From a virus (lineage: Duplodnaviria > Heunggongvirae > Uroviricota > Caudoviricetes): 41,535 bases of DNA. Below the pieces are notes generated by a model that did no database searches, was not told where the DNA came from, and saw only the letters and a list, made by a program, of their open reading frames with translations. Numbering within the stretch: position 1 is the first letter of the stretch; each line of letters starts with the position of its first letter. Location: IMG/VR virus record IMGVR_UViG_2531839448_000006; one strand, written 5' to 3'. Positions 9,750 through 18,671 of the stretch are shown in pieces. Both the position numbers and the translations under genes were made by a program.

Positions 9750-9767
9750 TGTACCGTTATTCACACA
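9750..9767 (-). promoter_or_regulatory. Late promoter activator (Ogr) binding site, TGT-N12-ACA, upstream of FI operon
   Basis: TGTACCGTTATTCACACA at 9750-9767, about 80-95 bp upstream of the FI start codon; matches the P2 late-promoter dyad consensus. Confidence 0.55.
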
Positions 9768-9779
9768 AAATGACGGTAT

Positions 9780-10193
9780 TTATCTGCTTGCAGGGAAAAC
9801 AGGCCAAATAATATCAGGTGCGGTGCTGGTATTTGTTGCCGTCACAGCCTCGATATAATCCAGCACAACGTTAAGTCGGGTAGTTTCCTCTTGCGTCAGT
9901 TTGCGCCCGGCCTGCAGCTTTAACTGAATCACGCTGATATTGGCCATTGCTGCGTCTAACAGCGACTGTTTTTTCTGTTCAGCGTCAGCTACCAGTTCAT
10001 CATGAGAACGTTCCTGAGTGGGTGGTGCAGTAAATCCCCCGTCTGAATAAACCCAGCCGATTCCGGGCTGCTCACTGATATCAGAAATATTAATGAGCTG
10101 CTGATTATCCGGCACTGTGAATTCAGCCTCGCCATCCCAGACAATGACATTCACAACCATCCCATTTTCAATAACTGCATATGACGTATTCAT
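9780..10193 (-). CDS. G: Tail fibre assembly protein G
   Basis: ATG at 10191-10193 overlaps the H stop codon (TAATG); 137 aa; position after H. Confidence 0.75.
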   Translation of the reverse strand: MNTSYAVIENGMVVNVIVWDGEAEFTVPDNQQLINISDISEQPGIGWVYSDGGFTAPPTQERSHDELVADAEQKKQSLLDAAMANISVIQLKLQAGRKLTQEETTRLNVVLDYIEAVTATNTSTAPDIIWPVFPASR

Positions 10194-12280
10194 TATGCAA
10201 ACTCCTCGATAATACAAATCCCTGAAGCGCCTTTCCCGCCCGTCATACTGGTTCCGCTATAACCGGCATCGTATGCGCCACCTCCGCCTGAACCATATGC
10301 TTTACCGATAACACCACCGCCAGCGCCTGCACGTCCACCGCCGCCCCAGTGCGATGTTCCGCCTTCACCGCTGACGCTGATATTTCCGGACTGACCGTCG
10401 CCTCCATCTCCACCAGTGATGCGGATATCGCCAGTACTCGGCACACCTCCGTTACCGCCGTTTGTGTTTGTAACACCCGCTTTCCCGCCACCTTCGCCAC
10501 CAGGAGCAATTAACGATGCGAATACGCTATTCCCGCCCCTGGTGCCGTTCGTCGCACTAACACCACCGGCCCCACCTGCGCCGATAGTGACTGGATAACT
10601 ATTCTGTGTCGGGGTCATTATTGAAATTATTGTTCCACCGGCCCCACCGCCAGCACCGAAAAACGTTTCATTATTGGATGCAGCCTTGCAGCCGCCCCCT
10701 CCGCCACCGCCGCCCGTTATTGTGACCCTGATCCGTTTTGTTCCTGGCGTCGGGGTGTATGTACCTGATGAGGTGAAAACCCGGGTATTCAGCCAGCGTC
10801 CAACGTATCCACTTGCATCGCTCAGACCAAGATATTGAATAACCGCCTGTGTGCTTGCTTTAGCCAGAATATTCCGTCCAACGTTAGTCAGGGTTGTCAG
10901 GCTGGCTGTATCATTCCCCGTAAAATACGGAAGTTTGTCTGCCGCAGTGGCAAGGCCTGCCAGTGCGGTCAGTGTGGCGTCGGCAGGTTGTTTTCCATTG
11001 GCAAGGTCATATACAGCCTTCACGGCTTTTGGTGTGGCAGCCTGCGTTTCTGACGTGCTGTTAGTGGCGCTGCTGAGTTGCACGGTACCTTTTACCGTCA
11101 GTGAAGCTGCAGGCACATCCGATATCTGGCTCCACGGGTGCGTGTGACTGACAGGTGCCTTACCTGCTGCAAGGTCATATGCCGCCTTCACTGCCTTTGG
11201 TGTGGCAGCCTGCGTTTCTGACGTGCTGTTAGTGGCGCTGCTGAGTTGCACGGTGCCTTTTACCGTCAGTGAAGCTGCAGGCACATCCGTTATCTGGCTC
11301 CACGGGTGCGTGTGACTGACAGGTGCCTTACCTGCTGCAAGGTCATATGCCGCCTTCACTGCCTTTGGTGTGGCAGCCTGCGTTTCTGACGTGCTGTTAG
11401 TGGCGCTGCTGAGTTGCACGGTGCCTTTTACCGTCAGTGAAGCTGCAGGCACATCCGTTATCTGATTCCACGGGTGTGTGTGACTGACAGGTGCCTTACC
11501 TGCTGCAAGGTCATATACAGCCTTCACTGCCTTTGGAGTGGCAGCCTGCGTTTCTGATGTGCTGTTAGTGGCGCTGCTGAGTTGCACAGTGCCTTTTACC
11601 GTCAGCGAGGCTGCAGGTACACCTGTTATCTGATTCCACGGGTGTGTGTGACTGGCGGATGCTTTACCTGCTGCAAGATCATATGCAGCCTTCACAGCCT
11701 TCGGTGTTGCGGCCAGTATTTCGGATTCACTGTTGGTCGCACTGCTTAACTGAGTAAAACCTTTTGCAGTCAGCGAGGCGTCCGGGTGACGTCGTGACTG
11801 TTCGTGCTCTGATATTTTGTCATCCACATACTTGCGGGTTGCCAGCACTACAGCAGGGTCGATTTTCAGGATGATATTGTCCGTACTACTGGTAATCAGC
11901 ACCATGCGCACGGTCTGGGTACGCCCACTGCCTTCAGCCAGTTGCGGCTTATAGCTTTCCGGGCAGTTACCCACGGCAATCAATGCCCCGGACTCATCAA
12001 ACAAGCCCACTTCACGTATCCACCAACCGCCCTCGTTTTCAGGGATCACCTGTTCAGCAATAATCTGGCTGCTGTTCTGCGGGTCGATATAGAGCATATT
12101 CAGCGCAGCCCGGCGTTTCTCATTTACCAGTGCTGTCTGCTTTGCGCCCGGCGTTGGTAATGTTCCGCCGCCATCGCCGACCGCCATATGGGTAATTTTT
12201 AAAGGCACACCGAGCGCGGCGGCGCTGGCAAGTTTCGCCGCGCCAATATCCGTCAGCAGGGTATAAAATTTTGTGCTCAT
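10193..12280 (-). CDS. H: Tail fibre protein H with internal tandem repeats and Gly-rich C-terminal domain
   Basis: 695 aa; N-terminus MSTKFYTLLTDIGAAKLASAA...MAVGDGGG is P2 gpH-like; five 56-aa repeats; C-terminal third is glycine-rich. Confidence 0.85.
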   Translation of the reverse strand: MSTKFYTLLTDIGAAKLASAAALGVPLKITHMAVGDGGGTLPTPGAKQTALVNEKRRAALNMLYIDPQNSSQIIAEQVIPENEGGWWIREVGLFDESGALIAVGNCPESYKPQLAEGSGRTQTVRMVLITSSTDNIILKIDPAVVLATRKYVDDKISEHEQSRRHPDASLTAKGFTQLSSATNSESEILAATPKAVKAAYDLAAGKASASHTHPWNQITGVPAASLTVKGTVQLSSATNSTSETQAATPKAVKAVYDLAAGKAPVSHTHPWNQITDVPAASLTVKGTVQLSSATNSTSETQAATPKAVKAAYDLAAGKAPVSHTHPWSQITDVPAASLTVKGTVQLSSATNSTSETQAATPKAVKAAYDLAAGKAPVSHTHPWSQISDVPAASLTVKGTVQLSSATNSTSETQAATPKAVKAVYDLANGKQPADATLTALAGLATAADKLPYFTGNDTASLTTLTNVGRNILAKASTQAVIQYLGLSDASGYVGRWLNTRVFTSSGTYTPTPGTKRIRVTITGGGGGGGGCKAASNNETFFGAGGGAGGTIISIMTPTQNSYPVTIGAGGAGGVSATNGTRGGNSVFASLIAPGGEGGGKAGVTNTNGGNGGVPSTGDIRITGGDGGDGQSGNISVSGEGGTSHWGGGGRAGAGGGVIGKAYGSGGGGAYDAGYSGTSMTGGKGASGICIIEEFA
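10991..11803 (-). repeat. Tandem 168-bp coding repeats (about 5 copies) inside tail fibre gene H
   Basis: Motif GCAAGGTCAT/GCAAGATCAT recurs at 11001, 11169, 11337, 11505 and 11673 (period 168 bp); encodes repeated HTHPWNQIT...LTVKGTVQLSSATNSTSETQAATPKAVKA units. Confidence 0.85.
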
Positions 12281-12291
12281 GGATTCACTCT

Positions 12292-12882
12292 CTATTGTGT
12301 CAATAACATGGACCGCCCGCCTTCATGCGCGGTGCCGCCGGAAATAATTGTTTCGTTGATATACGGATAGATCGTGATTTCTTCGCCAAGATAACTGGCG
12401 GCTCCCACCCAATGCGGGCCGCTGGTCTGCAGATTGATGGACATGCCGATCATGTGACGGCTGCAGGGTTTGGCATCGCTTATCAGTCGCTCAAGTTCCA
12501 GATAGGTATCTTCAGTGATGCCCTGATCCTGCACGCCGATATCCAGGCGAAACGTGCCTGGTGTTTCTCCGGTCTGCCACCACTCAATAATGCGGATCAG
12601 GAAGCCGAACGGTTCCACTACCCGCCGCACGGCACTGGTGGTTCCTTTATGCTGATGAATATAAAAAGCATCCTTCACCACCTGGCGTTTGACACTTTCC
12701 GTCCAGTCCTCGTCCCAGCGATCCACAGAGAACGCCCAGGCGAGATAAGGCAGGAAACTGACCGGACAGGTCGTTGGATTCCACAAGTCACGCAGCGGCA
12801 CCTGCAAATCAGAAATCCCGCTGCAGGTTTGCGCCAGTCGGCGCTCCAGTGAAGTTGAACCCGGTGGCAGCAGACTATTCAT
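12292..12882 (-). CDS. I: Baseplate assembly protein I
   Basis: 196 aa at P2 gene I position between J and H. Confidence 0.8.
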   Translation of the reverse strand: MNSLLPPGSTSLERRLAQTCSGISDLQVPLRDLWNPTTCPVSFLPYLAWAFSVDRWDEDWTESVKRQVVKDAFYIHQHKGTTSAVRRVVEPFGFLIRIIEWWQTGETPGTFRLDIGVQDQGITEDTYLELERLISDAKPCSRHMIGMSINLQTSGPHWVGAASYLGEEITIYPYINETIISGGTAHEGGRSMLLTQ

Positions 12883-13783
12883 CCGTTCCTCCGTTGGTTA
12901 CGCTCCACTGCGTACATGATGCCGCCTGTGTTTTGTTCAGGACCACATCCGCCAGCGGCGAAGCCAGCTCCACACGCTGCACACCCTCAACATGCAGGGC
13001 GGCAAAGATGGCGCTACGGCGAATATCCCGGCCAAGACGCGTCTGACTGGCGATGTACTTCTGCAGACTGGCTTTTGCCGCTGCCATTACCGGCTCTGCT
13101 TCCGGTCCCGGATAGAGAAAAATGGTGGCTTCCACGCGGTACGGGATGATTTCTGCGCTGCGAACCGTCAGACGGTCAGCCACCGGGCGGACGTTCTCAC
13201 TGTTCAGGGCGTTCTCCACCACATCCAGCAGGTCTTTTTCTGCTGTTCCGTCGCCTTCGCGACTCAGGACAGTCAGCACCACCTCTGCAGGGGCCGGACT
13301 GGTTGCACTGGCATCCGCCACCCGACCGTCGGCGCTTCGGGCATGAAATTCATAAGCTGCAGTTGGCCCCGCAACTGAAAGCCCCTCAAAGGCTGCAGGC
13401 ACACGCAGGCGTAACGCTTCATCGCTTTCCATCACAGCCGCAACGGGCGGCACAGCGTCATCATCAGCAGGTATCACCGTCAGGCGTTTCACGTTGTAAT
13501 TGGCGGCGAGCTGGTCCAGATCGCCGCCCATCGCATAAGCCACCATCACCGCCTGCGCGGCTTCGTTAATGCGCTGGCGCAGAAGCAGCTCACGATAAGC
13601 GTTCTCCTGCAGCAATTTGGTGACGGGTTCAGATTCCAGTTCCAGCGTGCGGATCACTGCTTCCTGCTCATCTTTCGGATGAAGCGCAACAAATTCGGCC
13701 TTGCGTTCGGCAAGCAGCGTCTCAAAGTCCGGCACATCGACAATCTGCGGCGCAGGCAACTGCGAAAGGTCAATCACTGCCAT
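12875..13783 (-). CDS. J: Baseplate assembly protein J
   Basis: Track ORF 12875..13822; internal start MAVIDLSQLP gives 302 aa, same as P2 gpJ. Confidence 0.8.
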   Translation of the reverse strand: MAVIDLSQLPAPQIVDVPDFETLLAERKAEFVALHPKDEQEAVIRTLELESEPVTKLLQENAYRELLLRQRINEAAQAVMVAYAMGGDLDQLAANYNVKRLTVIPADDDAVPPVAAVMESDEALRLRVPAAFEGLSVAGPTAAYEFHARSADGRVADASATSPAPAEVVLTVLSREGDGTAEKDLLDVVENALNSENVRPVADRLTVRSAEIIPYRVEATIFLYPGPEAEPVMAAAKASLQKYIASQTRLGRDIRRSAIFAALHVEGVQRVELASPLADVVLNKTQAASCTQWSVTNGGTDE

Positions 13784-14129
13784 TCTCTGCTCCTGTTGAT
13801 ACGGAAAGGGAAACAGGCACACCGTTATTACGCCGCCCGGTCAGCTCCACCACCATTGAACCGTCAAAATTGCTGTTAATGGTGATGGAATCCAGCGTCA
13901 GCCGTGGCTCCCAGCGACTCAGCGCCACATACACTGCCGACATGACCTGCAGGCGTAATGCCGGATTTTGTGGCTGGTCTATCAGTGCCGACAGCAGGGA
14001 ACCATATTCCCGACGGGCAATGCGGCTACCCTGCGGCGTCAGCAAAATGTCCCGCACCGACTGGCGCAGATGGTCAATATCAGTAATGGCTTTACCGCTG
14101 GTATTGTTCATCCCGCTATAAAGCGTCAT
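13770..14129 (-). CDS. W: Baseplate wedge protein W
   Basis: 119 aa at P2 gene W position. Confidence 0.8.
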   Translation of the reverse strand: MTLYSGMNNTSGKAITDIDHLRQSVRDILLTPQGSRIARREYGSLLSALIDQPQNPALRLQVMSAVYVALSRWEPRLTLDSITINSNFDGSMVVELTGRRNNGVPVSLSVSTGAENGSD

Positions 14130-14704
14130 ACCGGGCCTCCGGTTGTGTCGCCGCCTTTCAGGACGCCAGTATGCTGATGTGCATCAACCACAATCCCGTT
14201 AGAACTCATCGCTCCGCCGCCCTGGGTAACGCCACCATTGATCACCACTTCGCTGTTAATGCGCGTGCGGTCAGCCTCCAGTACAAACTCACTGGTTTTC
14301 ATGGTGATGTTATCAGCGGCCTCAATGACCATTGATTTGATGCCCCTGACATACCAGCGCCCGGTGGCGGGTTCATATTCAAACCAGCCACCGTCAGGAT
14401 GTTCTGTCACGCAGGCGTCCGCCGACGTCGACGGCGGTGCAAACTGATTCGAATAGACAGCGGGCAGCGCAAAGGCTGTTTCCAGATTTCCGCCCAGACT
14501 CAGCAGCACCACCTGCTCACCTTCCGATGGTCGCCACCATGTCCGGGCATTCCCGGCACGCAGTGTCAGCCAGCTGATCCAGTTGGTTTCGAGGTCGCCC
14601 GTTTTCACCCGGCAAAGCCAGTTCTCCCGATCCACTTCGGTGACTATACCTGTGCGGATCAGGTTGGTGATAAGGCGCATGATTTCGGTTAATTGTGCGT
14701 TCAT
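14126..14704 (-). CDS. V: Baseplate spike protein V
   Basis: 192 aa at P2 gene V position; ATG at 14702-14704. Confidence 0.8.
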   Translation of the reverse strand: MNAQLTEIMRLITNLIRTGIVTEVDRENWLCRVKTGDLETNWISWLTLRAGNARTWWRPSEGEQVVLLSLGGNLETAFALPAVYSNQFAPPSTSADACVTEHPDGGWFEYEPATGRWYVRGIKSMVIEAADNITMKTSEFVLEADRTRINSEVVINGGVTQGGGAMSSNGIVVDAHQHTGVLKGGDTTGGPV

Positions 14705-14750
14705 AGGGAAAGGTTGCCATCAGGGGAAGAAAGGCGGCAGTGCTGCAACT

Positions 14751-14768
14751 TGTATCAGTGCTGATACA
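14751..14768 (-). promoter_or_regulatory. Late promoter activator (Ogr) binding site, TGT-N12-ACA, upstream of V operon
   Basis: Perfect palindrome TGTATCAGTGCTGATACA at 14751-14768 in the S-V intergenic gap, about 50 bp upstream of V start. Confidence 0.6.
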
Positions 14769-14772
14769 AAGA

Positions 14773-15219
14773 TCACCCCGCCAGCCATTGCAGAATCATG
14801 TCGCGGGTCATTGCCTCAACATCATCATTTACACCCAGCAGGCGGCGCTCTGCGTAACGGACTTCCGGTCCTTTGCGACTGACGCGATCACGCAGGCCGT
14901 AATGGTGAACACGGGCAATACGCTGCACCTTGCCTTCAAACTGTACGCTGGCAGAGTCGGCGCTGGCGGCAGTTTTCAGGTATTTTGTGGTGCGCAGCTT
15001 TGCAAACATCTGACGTTTGATGCGCCCCTTCTTGCTACGTGCTGTTACCCTGCGCGGTTCATAACTGCTGCCATCTGGATTGCGCTGCATCCTGATATTC
15101 TGCTGCTGTGTCCGGCGCAGTTCCTGCGCCAGCTGGCGCATCATGCGGCTTCTTGCGGCTGGCTCCAGATTCGCCAGCAAGGCACTCAGCCAGTCGTCCA
15201 CCTTCTGCAGTTCAGCCAC
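14773..15219 (-). CDS. S: Tail completion protein S
   Basis: 148 aa at P2 gene S position. Confidence 0.75.
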   Translation of the reverse strand: MAELQKVDDWLSALLANLEPAARSRMMRQLAQELRRTQQQNIRMQRNPDGSSYEPRRVTARSKKGRIKRQMFAKLRTTKYLKTAASADSASVQFEGKVQRIARVHHYGLRDRVSRKGPEVRYAERRLLGVNDDVEAMTRDMILQWLAG

Positions 15220-15664
15220 GTTTCACCGTCCACATTTCTTCAGGTTCATCGGGTTCTGCTACAGCTTCAACACTCGACACACTGCCGTCAGTACTGACCA
15301 GCACACGTTCCGTCAATTGCAGGTTAAGGCTGATATCACAGACATCGTTGCGCAAAATATCCACCTCAAAGGTGAATAGCTTTTCCCGTAACGCCGGGTT
15401 ATTGATGGCATCGGGCTGGTTATCCCGAAGCCACAGCAAAACCGGGGCCATCAGCAGATTCTGGTCGCCGCTGAAATCCTCTATCACCACGTTCAGGGTA
15501 TAGCGGTACTCCCATGACATGGAGCTGGCCCCCGTGGCAACCAGCGAACCGTTATCCACAAACAGATGCAGTTTGTCCGGGTTATTGCGGACATAAGGTA
15601 CCGCTTTATTGAGGGCGTGGCGCAGGGATTGTGGTTTGTTCACTGTTTCGCTCCTGACACGCAA
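15212..15664 (-). CDS. R: Tail completion protein R
   Basis: 150 aa at P2 gene R position. Confidence 0.75.
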   Translation of the reverse strand: MRVRSETVNKPQSLRHALNKAVPYVRNNPDKLHLFVDNGSLVATGASSMSWEYRYTLNVVIEDFSGDQNLLMAPVLLWLRDNQPDAINNPALREKLFTFEVDILRNDVCDISLNLQLTERVLVSTDGSVSSVEAVAEPDEPEEMWTVKRG

Positions 15665-15896
15665 TAATCATGTCCACTTTGTCTGCACAGACCGCCCAGG
15701 CGACCTCCGTTTCATCCAGCAATGCGTTCAGATCACCGTTAGTGCGCGGCGCTGCCTGCTCCAGCCGACACGGCGTCACTCGCGGACAACCACTGACGGT
15801 AAGCTGCACCTCCGGTGAGTGCCGGACGTTCCCGCAGCCGGATAATGTCAGCAGGCAAAGGAGTATCAGCCCAGCGGCGTAAATCCTCGTTCTCAC
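15606..15896 (-). CDS. lysC: LysC, Rz1-like outer-membrane lipoprotein (spanin component), embedded out of frame in lysB/R
   Basis: 96 aa (same length as P2 LysC); signal peptide with lipobox LTLSGC; overlaps lysB 3-prime end and R start in another frame. Confidence 0.7.
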   Translation of the reverse strand: MRTRIYAAGLILLCLLTLSGCGNVRHSPEVQLTVSGCPRVTPCRLEQAAPRTNGDLNALLDETEVAWAVCADKVDMIIACQERNSEQTTIPAPRPQ

Positions 15897-16167
15897 GTTT
15901 CAGTTCCTCCATCCGGCGTTGTCGTTGTCTCAGCAGTGCGCTGGTCTGTTCTGCTTCGGCGTAGAGCCGCGCCTGCTCCCGGTTGTTGGTTTCAGTCAGA
16001 ATGGACAGGCTGATAAGCTGGCTGTTGCTCTTTGCCAGTGCCTGGCTTTTGCTCCGAAGCTCGTCTGCCTGCGTGCTGATGGTCTGGCTGGCATCAGCCA
16101 GCCGCCACGTCTGCCAGCCCAGCGCCGCCAGTAATAACGCCAGCACAACCAGCAGCAACCGATTCAT
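15739..16167 (-). CDS. lysB: LysB, Rz-like spanin component
   Basis: 142 aa; N-terminal TM segment then coiled-coil; P2 LysB position. Confidence 0.8.
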   Translation of the reverse strand: MNRLLLVVLALLLAALGWQTWRLADASQTISTQADELRSKSQALAKSNSQLISLSILTETNNREQARLYAEAEQTSALLRQRQRRMEELKRENEDLRRWADTPLPADIIRLRERPALTGGAAYRQWLSASDAVSAGAGSAAH

Positions 16168-16613
16168 GCTGCTACCTGTTGCGCAATCTGATTACGGATC
16201 ATCCAGAAGGCAATAACGGTCAGCAGATAAAAGACCAGGGTAATAGCCCACCCCGTCCAGGCGAAACTTACGACAATCAGCAATCGCATCACCCAGCTGA
16301 TAAATACGTTTTCTTTTCGGGTAATGGTCTTTAGCAAAGATGCCCTCAACTCCTGCCAGAGCGGGCCGTTCTTAATTGACGCAGCCAGTGCTACCGGAAT
16401 TACCGCCCATGTCAGCAGACAGGCTACCCAGACACCGGACGCTGCCAGTACCGGAAAAATCCCCTGCGGATACACCATTGCTGCGATCAACAGCGCCATC
16501 CATAACATCAGAAACAGCCCGCTGATTACTTTCTTTTTCATTTCAGTTTGCTCCCTGTAAGCACCAGGCCATCTCCCGCGCACGGCGGTTATCCAGCCCC
16601 TGATTAAAAACAC
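16164..16613 (-). CDS. lysA: LysA, membrane protein affecting lysis timing
   Basis: 149 aa with multiple hydrophobic helices; P2 lysA position. Confidence 0.7.
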   Translation of the reverse strand: MFLIRGWITAVRGRWPGAYREQTEMKKKVISGLFLMLWMALLIAAMVYPQGIFPVLAASGVWVACLLTWAVIPVALAASIKNGPLWQELRASLLKTITRKENVFISWVMRLLIVVSFAWTGWAITLVFYLLTVIAFWMIRNQIAQQVAA

Positions 16614-17055
16614 CTTTCACATAAACCCAGCGCGGCAACTGTCGGCACGCATCCGCCCAGCGCCGCTGATTGAGTAATTTCACCAGTGTGGAACTGCAGG
16701 CATTGCCCGTTCCCACGTTGAAGGCAAACGACACCGCAGCGTCATACACCTTCTGCGGCGGCTGTTGCTTCACACACCTTTCCAGCGCCCGCTCCACACG
16801 CAGCACGTTGGAGATCAGCCCTTCTGCTGCCTGTCGCTCCGTAATGGTTTTGCCGGGAATGACGCCCGACGTATTACCAATGCCGTCGGTCCAGACACCC
16901 GCGCTGCACTGATACGGCTGCAGACGACAGCCTTCGTAATCAGCAATCAGTTTCAGCCCCTCCACGGAGGTGTGAAGCTGCTGAAAACCCGGCAGCGTGG
17001 CAGTAATAGCCAGCACGGCCCCGACAAGGCAGCGTTTAACGATTGATGGATTCAT
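16543..17055 (-). CDS. K: Endolysin K
   Basis: 170 aa at P2 gene K position following holin. Confidence 0.8.
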   Translation of the reverse strand: MNPSIVKRCLVGAVLAITATLPGFQQLHTSVEGLKLIADYEGCRLQPYQCSAGVWTDGIGNTSGVIPGKTITERQAAEGLISNVLRVERALERCVKQQPPQKVYDAAVSFAFNVGTGNACSSTLVKLLNQRRWADACRQLPRWVYVKGVFNQGLDNRRAREMAWCLQGAN

Positions 17056-17251
17056 AGTCCTCCCGCGAGATCTGCCCGTCGCGCAGAAGCTGGTAGGCTT
17101 TATGTTTGTAGTACCAGTTGATAGCCAGCATCAGCACACCAATCATCAGGCCGCCCAGCGTTGAGGCATCCTTGATGGACAAATCGCCCAGCCAGGCCAG
17201 CACGACGGCGATGCAATACGTGATAAAGGCGCTGATTCGCTCAAGCGTCAT
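17036..17251 (-). CDS. Y: Holin Y
   Basis: 71 aa with two hydrophobic segments and charged C-terminus; precedes endolysin. Confidence 0.7.
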   Translation of the reverse strand: MTLERISAFITYCIAVVLAWLGDLSIKDASTLGGLMIGVLMLAINWYYKHKAYQLLRDGQISREDYESINR

Positions 17252-17254
17252 AAT

Positions 17255-17458
17255 TCAGTCCCATAGCTGGACGGTCTGCACGGTGGTGGTGGTCGGAATG
17301 TCCGGCAGCTCCACCTGCAGCCCGTGAGGTAAAAAGGGGCCGTATTCGGCAAGCCCCGGATTTGCCTTCAGTACCTGCTCCGTGACACCCTGCGTGCGCC
17401 CGTAATGACGCCAGCAAAGCGCGTCCACCGTGTCATACTGATGCGCACGCACTTTCAT
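17255..17458 (-). CDS. X: Tail protein X
   Basis: 67 aa, same length and position as P2 gpX. Confidence 0.75.
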   Translation of the reverse strand: MKVRAHQYDTVDALCWRHYGRTQGVTEQVLKANPGLAEYGPFLPHGLQVELPDIPTTTTVQTVQLWD

Positions 17459-17985
17459 CAGATAAGCTCCACTGTGCAGTGCGGCGCGTCCTGCACCCGG
17501 CTGATGGCCCAGCGGGCGTCACGCCACAAATCACCGCTGGCTTCCGCCAGTTCCTCGCCCCGCTTCACACCGGACGCCGTGGCGTCATAGTCCTGGTATC
17601 GTTCGTTGAGCATGGCGCGTGCCCAGCAGTAAACCGCGTTGAAATAGTGCTGAATGCGCTCACTTTTGCCGTCCAGCTGTTCCGCCGGAACCTCAGCCAG
17701 CGACACATATCCCAGCATCTGCTGACGTCTGCGAAACTCATACAGCTCTGCGTTGACCTCCGAAATTGCCGACAGGGCAACCTGCTTTAAACGCGGCTGC
17801 GTCACCGTGCCGTCAGTGCGCATCACGCTGCGAAACTCCGACAGGTCCACATCAGGCCAGAACGGCGTATTTCTGATGATTTCCGCCTGTTCCGGTGCCT
17901 GTTCTGGCGCAACAAACTTCATGCTGCTTTCTCCTGAAATAGAGGGCGGTGGACGGGATTTTGATGTGGCTATGCCTTTCGCCAC
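17458..17985 (-). CDS. L: Capsid completion protein L
   Basis: 175 aa at P2 gene L position. Confidence 0.8.
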   Translation of the reverse strand: MAKGIATSKSRPPPSISGESSMKFVAPEQAPEQAEIIRNTPFWPDVDLSEFRSVMRTDGTVTQPRLKQVALSAISEVNAELYEFRRRQQMLGYVSLAEVPAEQLDGKSERIQHYFNAVYCWARAMLNERYQDYDATASGVKRGEELAEASGDLWRDARWAISRVQDAPHCTVELI

Positions 17986-18017
17986 CCCGTGCCGCCCGTG
18001 CGCGGGGGCACGTTCTG

Positions 18018-18668
18018 TCAGCGGCTGTCATTGCGCAGTCTGCGCTCCAGCTGCTGTTTGTCTTTTTTCACGCCACAGCGGGGATCGAGCTGTAACGCAT
18101 GGTTGAGATGATTAAGGGCGGAAGCCGGATTGCTTTCACTCAGGACAGCGCCAATCGCTTTATGCAGACGCGCCCGTGACTGGTCCGGCATATCCAGACC
18201 GTCTGTCAGCTCCAGCGTCTGCAGCAACAGATCGGCATCAAAGCCGGTAGCGGCAAGCATTGCGCTCTGCGCTGCATCTGCCATTTCCTCTGCCAGCACG
18301 GTCTGCACGTTGCGGTTACCCAGAGGCATCACCCAGCCATGACGCAGGGCATGACGCCCGATCTCCAGCGCCCCGGCATAATCTCCGGCATCAATGCGCC
18401 ACAGCATCACGTACATCAGCACGTCATCCTGTTGAGCGCCTCCGGCAGCCAGGACGCCCTCCGCCCAGGCGGCATATTTCGGCAGCAGCTCCACCTTTAT
18501 TTCCGCTTTTTTCACCGTGGACTGAACGCCCTTGAGACGGCGGCGGTCTTCCGACAGCTGCAGCAGCATCAGGTCATAGCCCGACGCGTGGCGAACACTG
18601 CCGCCCTCACGGGCGGCCTGTTCAGCCTGAACGCGCAGGCGATGCTGCCGTGCGGGACTCAGGCTCAT
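18018..18668 (-). CDS. M: Terminase small (endonuclease) subunit M
   Basis: 216 aa at P2 gene M position. Confidence 0.8.
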   Translation of the reverse strand: MSLSPARQHRLRVQAEQAAREGGSVRHASGYDLMLLQLSEDRRRLKGVQSTVKKAEIKVELLPKYAAWAEGVLAAGGAQQDDVLMYVMLWRIDAGDYAGALEIGRHALRHGWVMPLGNRNVQTVLAEEMADAAQSAMLAATGFDADLLLQTLELTDGLDMPDQSRARLHKAIGAVLSESNPASALNHLNHALQLDPRCGVKKDKQQLERRLRNDSR

Positions 18669-18671
18669 GGT

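Noticed and set aside
10991-11803. Possible CRISPR-like repeat array
   Set aside because: Repeats are 168 bp, in-frame coding units of tail fibre gene H with no spacer structure.
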